The notes under the pieces are model-generated. The model saw only the letters and a program-made list of their open reading frames with translations. It ran no database searches and was not told where the DNA came from. Of a DNA stretch of 64,000 bases, positions 10,304 through 20,000 are shown one piece after another. The position numbers were made by a program, and so were the translations under genes. Origin of the DNA: an uncultured Nitrospiraceae bacterium (GTDB taxonomy: Bacteria; Nitrospirota; Nitrospiria; Nitrospirales; Nitrospiraceae); assembly GCA_963706325.1 (NCBI GenBank), contig CAVPLT010000007.1:256001-320000 (forward strand), read 5' to 3'. Each line of letters starts with the position of its first letter. The stretch's first letter is position 1.

Positions 10304-10464
10304 GGACGTCCTCCTTGGCTAGCTAGAATGAGCCTATCATGTCCCTGTCTGTGAAGACTAGCTCAGGCTAGCAGTAAAAAGAACGTCGCACCTTGCGAGA
10401 GGTTGACATCAGACCGAAGGGAATGGTTCTTTGCCGTCAGGGTTACAAGTGGAAAGGAGAGAGA

Positions 10465-11415
10465 ATGGCGAATAAGCAGGTGATCGCGGTCGTTGGGGCG
10501 ACAGGGATGCAGGGCGGTGGATTAGTGCGGGCGATTCTGGCCGATCAAGCGAGTGGTCTAGCGGTTCGCGCGTTGACGCGGAATGTGAATTCGAAGGAAG
10601 CAAAGGAACTTGCACGACTGGGAGCGGAGGTGGTGACGGCCGACGTCCATGACGTTGACAGTCTCAAGCGTGCCTTTGCCGGAGCGTATGGAGCGTTTTG
10701 TGTGACATTTTTCTGGGCGCACATGTCGCCGGAGAAGGAATTCGCCGAGGCCCAGGCTATGGTCACTGCGGCCAAGGCAACAGGTGTGAAGCATGTCATA
10801 TGGTCGACGCTGGAAGATACTCGACGATGGATTCCTCTCACAGACAATCGCATGCCGACGCTGATGGGGAAGTATAAGGTGCCCCATTTTGATGTGAAGG
10901 GTGAAGCGGATGAACTATTTAAGCAGCTCGGCGTGCCGACGACATGTTTGCTGACCTCCTTCTATTGGGACAATCTCATCCATTTCGGCATGGGCCCGAA
11001 AAAAGGTTCGGACGGCAGGCTTGAGTTCACCCTGCCCATGGGTGAGGCGAAGCTGCCGGGTATCGCGGCTGAAGACATCGGAAAGTGTGCGCTGGGGTTG
11101 TTCAAAAAGCGGGACACGTATCTCGGCAAGACTGTCGGTGTGGCGGGGGAGCATCTCACCGGAACCCAAATGGCCGCTGCGCTTACGCAGGCGCTCGGTC
11201 AAGAGGTGCGATACAACTCGGTACCTCCGGAGGTGTATCGGACGTTTGGGTTTCCCGGGGCCGATGATTTGGGCAACATGTTTCAATTCAAGCGCGACTT
11301 TGCCTTGGCATTCTGCAGCGCCCGGGATCCGGCCTTTGCTCGAACCCTCAATCCCGGATTACAGACATTTGCGCAATGGCTGGAGGCGAACAAGGCGCGC
11401 ATTCCACTCTCTTAG
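10465..11415 (+). CDS. NmrA/HSCARG-family NAD(P)-binding protein
   Basis: VVGATGMQGG, VRALTRN, VPHFDVK, EDIGK; RBS AAGGAG. Confidence 0.93.
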   Translation: MANKQVIAVVGATGMQGGGLVRAILADQASGLAVRALTRNVNSKEAKELARLGAEVVTADVHDVDSLKRAFAGAYGAFCVTFFWAHMSPEKEFAEAQAMVTAAKATGVKHVIWSTLEDTRRWIPLTDNRMPTLMGKYKVPHFDVKGEADELFKQLGVPTTCLLTSFYWDNLIHFGMGPKKGSDGRLEFTLPMGEAKLPGIAAEDIGKCALGLFKKRDTYLGKTVGVAGEHLTGTQMAAALTQALGQEVRYNSVPPEVYRTFGFPGADDLGNMFQFKRDFALAFCSARDPAFARTLNPGLQTFAQWLEANKARIPLS

Positions 11416-11522
11416 CCGAGAAGTCGGGTGCTCTCGATGAATGGCAGGCGGAAATTAACATCGCTGGTGGTGAACATCGCGTACGCAGATGCCGCGCGTA
11501 TGCTCAATGCGAGAGCATTCTT

Positions 11523-11725
11523 GCAGGTGGCTGAAAAAGGTCGCCAGCGAGACCGTAACGAGGTCCACGGCGCGAAGGATAATGAGCGCCACGTTAGTCG
11601 ACGCCGGCTAGACGGTGAGCAGGCCGTGTCCGGCGCAGAGGCGTCAGGTTATTGCTCCCCGCCCCGGTACGGTGAAGGACTGGACAATGCGAGAGCCAAG
11701 CCGGCGGCCCTTTTCAGCCACCTGC
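11523..11725. mobile_element. MITE-like intergenic repeat (203 bp)
   Basis: Terminal inverted repeats GCAGGTGGCTGAAAA(A)GG / CCTTTTCAGCCACCTGC. Confidence 0.75.
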
Positions 11726-11955
11726 TAAGACGGAACTTTCTGTTGCAGCTTCTGTTTGTTAGCCTGGCAAGAGAGCTTGAGGGGGTTACATCGGACGCGC
11801 TGGATCTTGATCGAGCGCGAGCCGTAAGCTCCTACAACGATTTTTGATTCGGACGAGCGCTCTCCATCCACGAATCCCGGGAGTGAGGCCAGCGTCGTTA
11901 GAATACAGATGGAGAGGACCGCGACGAACCATGCAAGGTAGATTGAGTACCGCAT
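11725..11955 (-). CDS. Possible small membrane-anchored protein
   Basis: 76-aa ORF with N-terminal hydrophobic helix; stop abuts the MITE end. Confidence 0.3.
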   Translation of the reverse strand: MRYSIYLAWFVAVLSICILTTLASLPGFVDGERSSESKIVVGAYGSRSIKIQRVRCNPLKLSCQANKQKLQQKVPS

Positions 11956-12261
11956 GGCTTATTCGTACCAGAAAAAGCTGAGGAGTCAACGAAACGGTCG
12001 TTCTCAGTCTTGGCATGCTTTGCAACGTCGGGGTGAAGTCGCGGCAAGCTGCGAGTCCTGAACGTCTCGCACATTGCGCGCCTCATACGCTATCGGTACA
12101 AACCGTCTCGCACGTCCCCGGTTGAATGCGGGCTTCGGCACGTGAATGGTCCGATGCCGTTGTCGTTCTGTATATTGCCAGCTCGATCGGGATCGGACTC
12201 TATGCAGCGCCCCTGTGTCCATAACACCAAAGACTTTGCCTAGTCTGACGCTGTCTCGGGC

Positions 12262-14613
12262 CTAGGTTTCGTGGAGGATTTCATACACCGTGTGGAGTAA
12301 GTCGTCGGGCGAAAATGGCTTTTGTAGAAATGTGGCCTGACCATGGGATTCATCGCCCGTGATGGGCGTGCTTTCGCTGTAGCCGGACATATAAATTACC
12401 TTCAACCCCTGGGAGAGGCCTCGAAGCTGCATCACCAATTCTTTTCCGTTCATGCCCGGCATCACCAAATCGGTTACGACTAGATCAATGCGCAAGTCCT
12501 GACGACGCATCAAATCCAACGCCTGGAACCCATCCCCCGCCTCATGCACAGTATAACCATGTGTCCGGAGAATATGCTGGGTTAACAGCCGCACCGATGG
12601 CTCGTCCTCTACCAGGAGAATGACTTCGGTTCCCGGCTGGCCGTCGAGTGCGGGAGCAACGGGCGGAAGGCTAGTGCGCGGGGGAGTGACTTCCGGTAGG
12701 AACACCGTCATCGTGGTGCCCTGTCCCACCGCGCTCTCCACCGCAATTCTTCCTCCGCTCTGATGGACGATGCCATAGACCGTCGACAGGCCGAGGCCGG
12801 TTCCCTGTCCCACGGGTTTGGTCGTGAAGAACGGCTCAAAGATTTTGGGCTTGGCGGTGGAATCGATGCCGACGCCCGTGTCGTGCACGCGCAGGCGCAC
12901 ATAGGTGCGGGCGCTGCGTGAGCCATGTGCCGGTCCCCAGATCGGGTCCGGAAAGACTTGGTCTGTGTCGATGGTGAGGGTGCCTCCATGCGGCATCGCG
13001 TCACGGGCATTGACGGCGAGATTGAGAAGGATCTGTTCGAGTTGCACTGCGTCGACCTTGACCCAGCGCGGCGCGGCGTCGAGCTGCAGGACGATCGTGA
13101 TGTGTTCACCGATCAGGCTTTTCAACAGTGCCAGAAGATCCCGGATGACTCGATGGAGATCGAGTGAGACGGGGTGAAGCATCTGCTTGCGGCTGAAGGT
13201 CAGCAGCTGATTGGTGAGCGCCGCACAGCGTTCGCCGGCGCGCTGAATTTCCTGCACGAATTGGCGGGCCGAGGAATTCTGACTCACCTCTTGAAGGAGC
13301 ACGGCGCTGTAGCCAAGGATGACGGTCATGACATTATTGAAGTCGTGCGCCACCCCCCCGGCCAAACGTCCCACGGCTTCCATCTTCTGCGCTTGGCGTA
13401 ACTGATCTTCCAATTCGCGGGCTTCCGTAATGTCTTCGGTGATGCCGCTCAAGCTGTCGACTTCTCCGCTCATGGTACGGTGGATGACCATGCGGTCGTG
13501 AATCCAGCGGACCTGTCCATCGGGACGCACAATCCGATACAACTGCTGAAGATCATGTCCCGTGGGATTGGCGATTTCCACATCATAGGCTTCGGTGACT
13601 GCTTGTCGATCATCCGGATGGATACAGTCCCGCCAGAGTTTTGGATTGTCGTAAAACTGCGCGGCCGGCATGCCCCAGATTCGCTCGAACGCCGGATTCA
13701 CGTATGTGACCTGCGGCGGTTGAGCCTGGGCGAACCAGACACCCTGATTGAGATTGTCGGTGAGGTCGTTAAAACGTTGTTCGCTGGAGAGCAGGGCTCC
13801 TTCTGTTCGACGATGTTCCGTCACTTCGCCCTGAAGGCTGGCGTTGGCTTGCGCGAGATCGGCGGTGCGTTCGGCGATGCGTCGTTCGAGGTCGCTCTGC
13901 GCGGTGCGCAGCTGTTCTTCGACCAGGCGCCGATCGTGGATTTCTTTCGTGATTTCCTGATTCAGCCGTTCCACGGCTTCAGTGCGCATCGTCAGCGACT
14001 TGACCAGCGACAGGTTTTCCAACCGCAAGCTCATCGATGCGAGCATCACGCGGTTAAAGGTCCAGGCCGACCGAACCGTGGCGAGGAGAAAGAGCGTACC
14101 CATGATTCCCATGATGAGGTGGAACTCATGCCGGCTCAGAAAGAGATGGCCGAGGAGAGGAAGGGTTACCGGTAAGGCATAACTAATGAACAGGGGAAAG
14201 GAGACCGAGAGGACGGAGACCGCCCCGGCCGTCATGCCTCCCAGCACGAATATCTGCACCAACTCGTAAGGGAGCGGAATTTCAGGCGCGAAAAAATACA
14301 CACTGCTTCCCCATCCGATGCCGGACAGGGCGGTAGTCAGGAACATCCAGCGTTGCCAGTCCTTGGCGCCCCAGGAGGAGGGGGTCGCTCGGCGATAGTT
14401 GAAGATCAGTATCGCCCGCAGGGCTGCGACGACCCATATGGCACCCACCCACACAAGCAACGACGGATGTGAAACAACCGGCCATTCCACCGCGGCGAGG
14501 ATGGCGGCGTTGAGGGCGCTGGCGATCACGCCCGTAGGCATGTTGCGATACAGGAGTTGCACCTGTTCGGCTTGTAAAGCCGAGGGGAGATTGACCTGGC
14601 GGGGGCGATCCAT
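12262..14613 (-). CDS. Membrane-bound hybrid sensor histidine kinase (multi-TM, PAS, HisKA, HATPase, REC)
   Basis: 5-6 TM helices, PAS (VNPAFERIWG, IHPDDR, DGQVRW), GGVAHDFNN, FEPFFTTK, GTGLGL, ILLVEDE, TDLVMP. Confidence 0.93.
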   Translation of the reverse strand: MDRPRQVNLPSALQAEQVQLLYRNMPTGVIASALNAAILAAVEWPVVSHPSLLVWVGAIWVVAALRAILIFNYRRATPSSWGAKDWQRWMFLTTALSGIGWGSSVYFFAPEIPLPYELVQIFVLGGMTAGAVSVLSVSFPLFISYALPVTLPLLGHLFLSRHEFHLIMGIMGTLFLLATVRSAWTFNRVMLASMSLRLENLSLVKSLTMRTEAVERLNQEITKEIHDRRLVEEQLRTAQSDLERRIAERTADLAQANASLQGEVTEHRRTEGALLSSEQRFNDLTDNLNQGVWFAQAQPPQVTYVNPAFERIWGMPAAQFYDNPKLWRDCIHPDDRQAVTEAYDVEIANPTGHDLQQLYRIVRPDGQVRWIHDRMVIHRTMSGEVDSLSGITEDITEARELEDQLRQAQKMEAVGRLAGGVAHDFNNVMTVILGYSAVLLQEVSQNSSARQFVQEIQRAGERCAALTNQLLTFSRKQMLHPVSLDLHRVIRDLLALLKSLIGEHITIVLQLDAAPRWVKVDAVQLEQILLNLAVNARDAMPHGGTLTIDTDQVFPDPIWGPAHGSRSARTYVRLRVHDTGVGIDSTAKPKIFEPFFTTKPVGQGTGLGLSTVYGIVHQSGGRIAVESAVGQGTTMTVFLPEVTPPRTSLPPVAPALDGQPGTEVILLVEDEPSVRLLTQHILRTHGYTVHEAGDGFQALDLMRRQDLRIDLVVTDLVMPGMNGKELVMQLRGLSQGLKVIYMSGYSESTPITGDESHGQATFLQKPFSPDDLLHTVYEILHET

Positions 14614-14727
14614 GATCAGGTCTCGTTCGATTGTAAACCTATGATCTGCCAGGCTGACACTGCATGGTCAGGCATAGGAGCGCATCGTGACAGAAGGTGG
14701 TATCGCATGATCCTCGGAAAGCTCGGC

Positions 14728-16218
14728 CTAAAAGTTTACGCGTAGATTGAGGGAGCCCACATGCAAGGTGCTTCGATAGGTGCCGTTGACGGTCGGGTTC
14801 ACATTGCCGGCTATGGTTCTTGCTTCATACAGGATGGCTTGGTAGGCCAGATCGATGCCGAAGCCCTTCGGACTGAGGGGCTTGTCTGACCCACCGCAGG
14901 GAATGATACCCAGAAATCGGCCCTTCTCCCGGCACATGAACCCCACTCCGGTGGAGATGGCATGTTGGTCGCTGTCGGGAATGGCGGGGTTGTAGGTTTG
15001 GTCCGGAATCGCTTTCTGAGCATGCCAGTAGCCGGCGCGTAAAGCGATGTCCCAATCCGGGAGTGGCTCGGGTTTGAGCCATTTGTATTCCGTCCCGATC
15101 ATGACGGTGTAGCCGCTCATCCAGTTGGCGGGGTTAGCGATGGTGAGTCCGTTAGAGAGGGTCGTATCTAAATTGCGAACCGATTTCCAGCCGGTATAGT
15201 CGACGTCCAATTCCAATTTCCATTCACGATCTTTATGGCGGACCGGCCATACGGCGATGCCGCCGGTGAAGATCTGTGGGAGGACAAGGGTGGTGCGGGT
15301 ATCCGCGACATGGGTGCCGCCGGCGAGCAACTGGCCGTCGAGATGCAGCGTTGCCTGGCTGCGATAAATAAGGCCGATGTTGACAAGAGGCAGCCCGTCT
15401 TCGTTTCGCAGCGGGGTATAGAGCAGGCTGACGTTGAAGCCCGCAGCGGTATCACGGCCGTTCAATTCCATGCCGGTCCCCGCCGGTATGCCAAGCCCGC
15501 CAGGCCAGCGAAATTGGCGTTCTACCTGCCCTTCGCCGAAGGCCCCTGAAAACGTATAGATATCCGCTCCCACACCAATGGCCAGATCAGGAAGTGGCCT
15601 GAAGGCGATGGAGGGGCGAATGTCGATGAGTTCCAATGCGGCTTTGGTGGTGGCGGTGGCGAATGGACCGCTGTCGGGCCAGCGAGTCAACGTTCCGAAT
15701 GGATTAAATACGGCCAGGCCGACGGTGGTGCTGTCCGAGGAGCCGATCCCCAGATCTTTTAAGTTGGCGGTGAGATACAGGTTTGAGGGCGGTGGAAGCG
15801 CCACGCTGCCGCGAAGATCCCCGTTCGTCTGAGTGCCCGCCGCGTTCTGGAACGAGAAACCTCCGCCGATGAGCGTAGTGCCGGCCGAGAACTGGACTCC
15901 CCGGAGTTGAGTCATGCCTGCCGGATTATAGTATCCCGCTGAGGCGTCATCGGCTTGAGCCGTGAACGCGGACGCCTGACCGGTGGCCGACGCGCTGTGA
16001 TCGTAGAGGCGAAAACTTCCGGCACTGACTGGCGATGGGACCATTGTCACCACACCAGCCATCAGCGCGCAACAGACTAAGAGCAGGTACGCGGACCCCA
16101 CCCAGGGGTGAGACGAACGGTCTTTGACCACGCATGAATAGCGAGCGTGGGGCAGGCGTGAACGGTATGGATGACTGGAACCAAATGGACGTATTGAGGT
16201 CACCGGCGCAAGCCCCAT
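14728..16218 (-). CDS. FadL/OmpP1/TodX-family outer-membrane hydrophobic-compound transporter (true start probably downstream of 16218)
   Basis: SA-GSFRLYDHSASATGQASA, ADDASAGYYNPAGM, PFG, IPDSD, terminal Phe. Confidence 0.9.
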   Translation of the reverse strand: MGLAPVTSIRPFGSSHPYRSRLPHARYSCVVKDRSSHPWVGSAYLLLVCCALMAGVVTMVPSPVSAGSFRLYDHSASATGQASAFTAQADDASAGYYNPAGMTQLRGVQFSAGTTLIGGGFSFQNAAGTQTNGDLRGSVALPPPSNLYLTANLKDLGIGSSDSTTVGLAVFNPFGTLTRWPDSGPFATATTKAALELIDIRPSIAFRPLPDLAIGVGADIYTFSGAFGEGQVERQFRWPGGLGIPAGTGMELNGRDTAAGFNVSLLYTPLRNEDGLPLVNIGLIYRSQATLHLDGQLLAGGTHVADTRTTLVLPQIFTGGIAVWPVRHKDREWKLELDVDYTGWKSVRNLDTTLSNGLTIANPANWMSGYTVMIGTEYKWLKPEPLPDWDIALRAGYWHAQKAIPDQTYNPAIPDSDQHAISTGVGFMCREKGRFLGIIPCGGSDKPLSPKGFGIDLAYQAILYEARTIAGNVNPTVNGTYRSTLHVGSLNLRVNF

Positions 16219-16345
16219 TCAATTAGATCTAGGTACTAGAGCGTAGAGCCTCTTTGACATGGCGCCATCTAAGAGGATGGGCCGTTGTTTGTCAAGCTTG
16301 CCACATGACTCCGTCTATTCGGCTCGGTCTGCCGGATGTGATTTC

Positions 16346-18682
16346 ATGCGAGAGATCGCGTATGCTTCCGGACATGGGGATGCGGGAGTGACGTTCGGCA
16401 GGTCTTGGGTCGTGCGAGGGTTCCTGATCGTGGTCGGCGTCGCCATGCTGGCCGTGGGGATGGCAATGAGCTATGGCTTGTACTTATCAGCCAGCCTGGC
16501 CTTGCCCGCGGGCGACGAACATCCTCCCCGCCTCATTTACGGCGCCCCGTTTCTCCTCAAGCCGGATCTGGACATCACCTCGTCGCATCTCCTCGAACGT
16601 CTTCATCAGCTGGGGTATCGCGCGGTCGACAGGGCAGTGGCCGAACCCGGTGATTATCGGGTGACGCCTGCCGAGATCGATATTTACCTGCATGAGTTTG
16701 CCGATTTTCATCTCAGACCCGTCCAGGCTCGGTTGATCCTGGAACAGGGGAGGGTGGCGAAGGTCCTGTCGATTCAGGGAGACGAGCTATTTCCCGCCTA
16801 TTTGGAGCCCCAGCTGATCAGCGGACTGCGCGGCGCCTCGAGACAGGTTCGGGAATGGGTTGCCTACGACGACATGCCGGCCCAGTTCATTGATGTGTTG
16901 CTGGCGATCGAAGACCGGCGATTTTTCAGCCATCCCGGCCTCGATCTTGTAGCCGTCGCCCGAGCGGTGTGGACGAACGTGGCTCGCGGGACGGTCATTC
17001 AGGGCGGCAGCACAATCACGCAACAGTTGGCCAAGAATCTCTTCTATTCTCCGCAGCGCACATTCGGAAGAAAGCTCAAGGAGTCCATCGCGGCCTTGGT
17101 GTTGGAAGTGAAGTATTCCAAGAAAGCGATTCTCGAAAGTTATGTGAACGAGATTTACCTCGGCCAGGTTGGCTCCGTCTCGATCTACGGAGTGGGGGAG
17201 GCGGCCCATCGGTATTTCGGGAAGCGCATGAATGCGCTCAACCTGGAGGAAACCGCGGTGTTGGTGGGGATGATCAAGGGTCCGAATACCTATTCACCAC
17301 TCAGGAATGCGGCTATGGCCAAGTCTCGACGAGATGTGGTGTTAGGGCGGCTGCACGGCCAGGGACATCTCAACGATGATGACTGGAAGCAAGCGGTGAT
17401 GACACCAGTCCAGGTCTTACTGCCACAAGAGACGCTGGCCGACGCACCCTTTTTCGTCGATTATCTTTTGCGACAGATGGAAGAGACGACGGGCGCGCCG
17501 CTGCCGGACGGCGTCAGAGTGTATACGACGCTCGATCCGATCTTGCAGGGGTTAGCGACACGAGCCGTGCGAGAGGGACTCGCCAAACTGGAGACCACCT
17601 ACCCTGCGCTGACGATCCACGGGGATACGGTGCAAGGCGCGCTGGTCGCGGTCGATCCGACGACCGGAGCCATTCTCGCGATGGTGGGCAGTCGCGATTA
17701 TCGAGGCAGTCAGTTCAATCGGGCCGTGCAGTCAAAACGCCAGCCCGGCTCGTTGTTTAAGCCTCTGGTGTATCTCGCAGCGCTGGATGCTCACCGCGAG
17801 GTGCCCGGTGGGCAGACTGTCACGGCCGCGACGTTGATCGTGGATGAGCCGGTCACCTTCGAATCCGGCGCAGGAGTGTGGGCGCCGCAGAATTACGACC
17901 ATCGATTTCATGGGACCGTTTCCCTTCGGACTGCGCTGGAACAATCACTGAACGTGCCGGCCGTGAAGCTGGCGAAGATGGTGGGAACAAAGCGTATCGT
18001 GCAGTTGGCACAAAGTTTGGGAATCCGTAGCCCATTGGCGGATAATCTGTCTCTCGCGTTAGGGACGTCCGGCGTCTCGCTGCTGGAAATCACTTCTGCG
18101 TTCGGAGCGTTGGCGTATGGGGGGGTCTTCGTCGCACCGACAGCGGCCCAGGCCCTGATGACGCCTGAAGGAGATCCCTTGTGGCGTCATACACCAGAGA
18201 GGCGTCAAGCGGTGTCTCCGCAAGCGACGCACGTCATGACGTCCTTGCTCACGGGGGTGGTCGAGCGCGGCACGGCGGCGAAAGCCAAGGCGATGGGCTT
18301 GCGCAGCGGGGTGGCAGGAAAAACCGGCACGACGGATGGTTATCGAGATGCCTGGTTCGTCGGTTACACCTCCGACGTGGTGGTCGGCGTGTGGGTGGGA
18401 TTCGATGACGAAGAGGCGCTGCATTTGACGGGGGCGCAAGCTGCGCTGCCGCTGTGGGTGGGGTTCATGCGTCAGATCCTCCCGTCCGTCCCACATGTGC
18501 TGACGAGGCCATCGGGTGTGGTCACGCGCGAAATCGATCCCACGACGGCGCAATTGGCCACCTCCAAATGTCTGCAACGTGTACCGGAGCTGTTTATCGA
18601 GGGGACGGAACCCACGGTCTACTGTGAAGTACACGGCAGCGGATTCTGGGAGCGGTTGAAGCGCGGTTTTGATTTTTTCTAG
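16346..18682 (+). CDS. Class A penicillin-binding protein (PBP1B-like, probable UB2H domain)
   Basis: EDRRFFSH, QGGSTITQQLAKN, RKLKE, SLFK (SxxK), SLN, GKTGT. Confidence 0.93.
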   Translation: MREIAYASGHGDAGVTFGRSWVVRGFLIVVGVAMLAVGMAMSYGLYLSASLALPAGDEHPPRLIYGAPFLLKPDLDITSSHLLERLHQLGYRAVDRAVAEPGDYRVTPAEIDIYLHEFADFHLRPVQARLILEQGRVAKVLSIQGDELFPAYLEPQLISGLRGASRQVREWVAYDDMPAQFIDVLLAIEDRRFFSHPGLDLVAVARAVWTNVARGTVIQGGSTITQQLAKNLFYSPQRTFGRKLKESIAALVLEVKYSKKAILESYVNEIYLGQVGSVSIYGVGEAAHRYFGKRMNALNLEETAVLVGMIKGPNTYSPLRNAAMAKSRRDVVLGRLHGQGHLNDDDWKQAVMTPVQVLLPQETLADAPFFVDYLLRQMEETTGAPLPDGVRVYTTLDPILQGLATRAVREGLAKLETTYPALTIHGDTVQGALVAVDPTTGAILAMVGSRDYRGSQFNRAVQSKRQPGSLFKPLVYLAALDAHREVPGGQTVTAATLIVDEPVTFESGAGVWAPQNYDHRFHGTVSLRTALEQSLNVPAVKLAKMVGTKRIVQLAQSLGIRSPLADNLSLALGTSGVSLLEITSAFGALAYGGVFVAPTAAQALMTPEGDPLWRHTPERRQAVSPQATHVMTSLLTGVVERGTAAKAKAMGLRSGVAGKTGTTDGYRDAWFVGYTSDVVVGVWVGFDDEEALHLTGAQAALPLWVGFMRQILPSVPHVLTRPSGVVTREIDPTTAQLATSKCLQRVPELFIEGTEPTVYCEVHGSGFWERLKRGFDFF

Positions 18683-18768
18683 AACCGATCGAAAAGCTGG
18701 TGTAGGCTCGATTCATGTCGGGATGGTTCTCCAGTTTATCGGCCGCGGTCGACCACAAGGAGTTCGTA

Positions 18769-19209
18769 ATGATGAAGAAGTCCGATTTTGTGGAAAGCGA
18801 TAATATTACATTGTTGGCCAAAGGCGTGCTGCTCCGGGGGGAGATGCGGGTTGAGGGAACGGTCCGCATCGATGGGCGCCTGGAGGGAGATCTTCACACT
18901 GCCGGCACCGTTGTGATCGGTGAGGACGGCGTCGTTCAAGGAACGATCCATGCCGGAACTATCATCAGCAGCGGGAAAATCAAGGCGACGGTGACCGCAA
19001 CAGAACGACTGCAGTTACTGAAAACCGGCATCCTCGTCGGTGAAGTCCATGCCCCGGCATTTTCCATGGAGGATGGCGCGAAGTTCCAAGGCCTGTCGGA
19101 CATGGGCGTCGCATCCTGGGGCGACGACGCGCAAAAACTTCCCGGCAATGTGCGGGATATTTCCGCTCAGCGCCCCAAGGCGCTCGTGGCGCTCGGCGAA
19201 AACGCCTGA
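18769..19209 (+). CDS. Bactofilin (polymer-forming cytoskeletal protein)
   Basis: G..RIDG..EG, VVIGEDG.VQG, FSMEDGAKFQG; RBS AAGGAG. Confidence 0.9.
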   Translation: MMKKSDFVESDNITLLAKGVLLRGEMRVEGTVRIDGRLEGDLHTAGTVVIGEDGVVQGTIHAGTIISSGKIKATVTATERLQLLKTGILVGEVHAPAFSMEDGAKFQGLSDMGVASWGDDAQKLPGNVRDISAQRPKALVALGENA

Positions 19210-19406
19210 TCGTATCGACGGTCCAAGCCGGACACCATTGAGTCGGGTTTCTTCGTCGTTCCTCCCCACGTCCTTCGCTGTCAGTACATGTTCCGCCCGG
19301 CCTCTGCCGTGCGCTCTCCCTCCCCTCACCATCGCCCGCAATTCCCCCAACAATGGCTTCCGGCCTGTGCAGGGTGAGCGCGTGCAGATGCCGCTCAGCA
19401 GCTTGG

Positions 19407-20000
19407 TTAATCCAACGGTATTGTGATCGTCATTCCACCCATCACGTCGTTGCGCCTGAAGTCTCGTTTGGGACTGAGGGGGTGATCGTTATGACATTTG
19501 ACACAGGCGTCTGAGATTGCGCGATCAGGATACACCGCCTGGAAAAATTGTTTTCGGCCGCTAGAGACAATCCCCGTAAAGGGACGGTCTGGCGTCTGCG
19601 CAAAACTCTCCAGTGCCCGGCGTTCCAGGTCGGTGGCGGGGGCATTGCGCTGGTATACCGGCCAGAGGCTGATGAGGCGGTATCGAATACCTCGCCCTGA
19701 TTCAGCGACAAGCTTTCCCGAATGTTGGAGGAACTGGGCGGGAAGCGGCAAGGCATTTTCTTGTTCCCAATGTTCGGCGGCCGACACGATCGATTTGGCC
19801 TGCATCCGATTGACGACCTGATTGGTATAGATCGTGCGATCCGCGTCCAATACCGCATGCACGTAGTCTGCGACTTTTTCCGGAGGAATCCCAGTGGGCG
19901 GCTGGACATCCTTCGCCTGCAGCGAATAGGAGGAAGCGCAGGCCAGAATCAGGGCGCACCAGAGCGGTCGTGCTTGGATGATTGTTAGGATGGAACGCAT
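19407..20000 (-). CDS. DUF3365-type exported c-type heme protein
   Basis: Signal peptide, LPLPAQF, YRLISLWP, CVKCH, GG..I.IP. Confidence 0.85.
   Translation of the reverse strand: MRSILTIIQARPLWCALILACASSYSLQAKDVQPPTGIPPEKVADYVHAVLDADRTIYTNQVVNRMQAKSIVSAAEHWEQENALPLPAQFLQHSGKLVAESGRGIRYRLISLWPVYQRNAPATDLERRALESFAQTPDRPFTGIVSSGRKQFFQAVYPDRAISDACVKCHNDHPLSPKRDFRRNDVMGGMTITIPLD

Noticed and set aside
11428..11847. 139-aa ORF
   Set aside because: Largely a translation of the MITE-like repeat
12011..12024. TGGCATGCTTTGCA as a sigma54 promoter
   Set aside because: GG to GC spacing is 8 nt rather than the required 10
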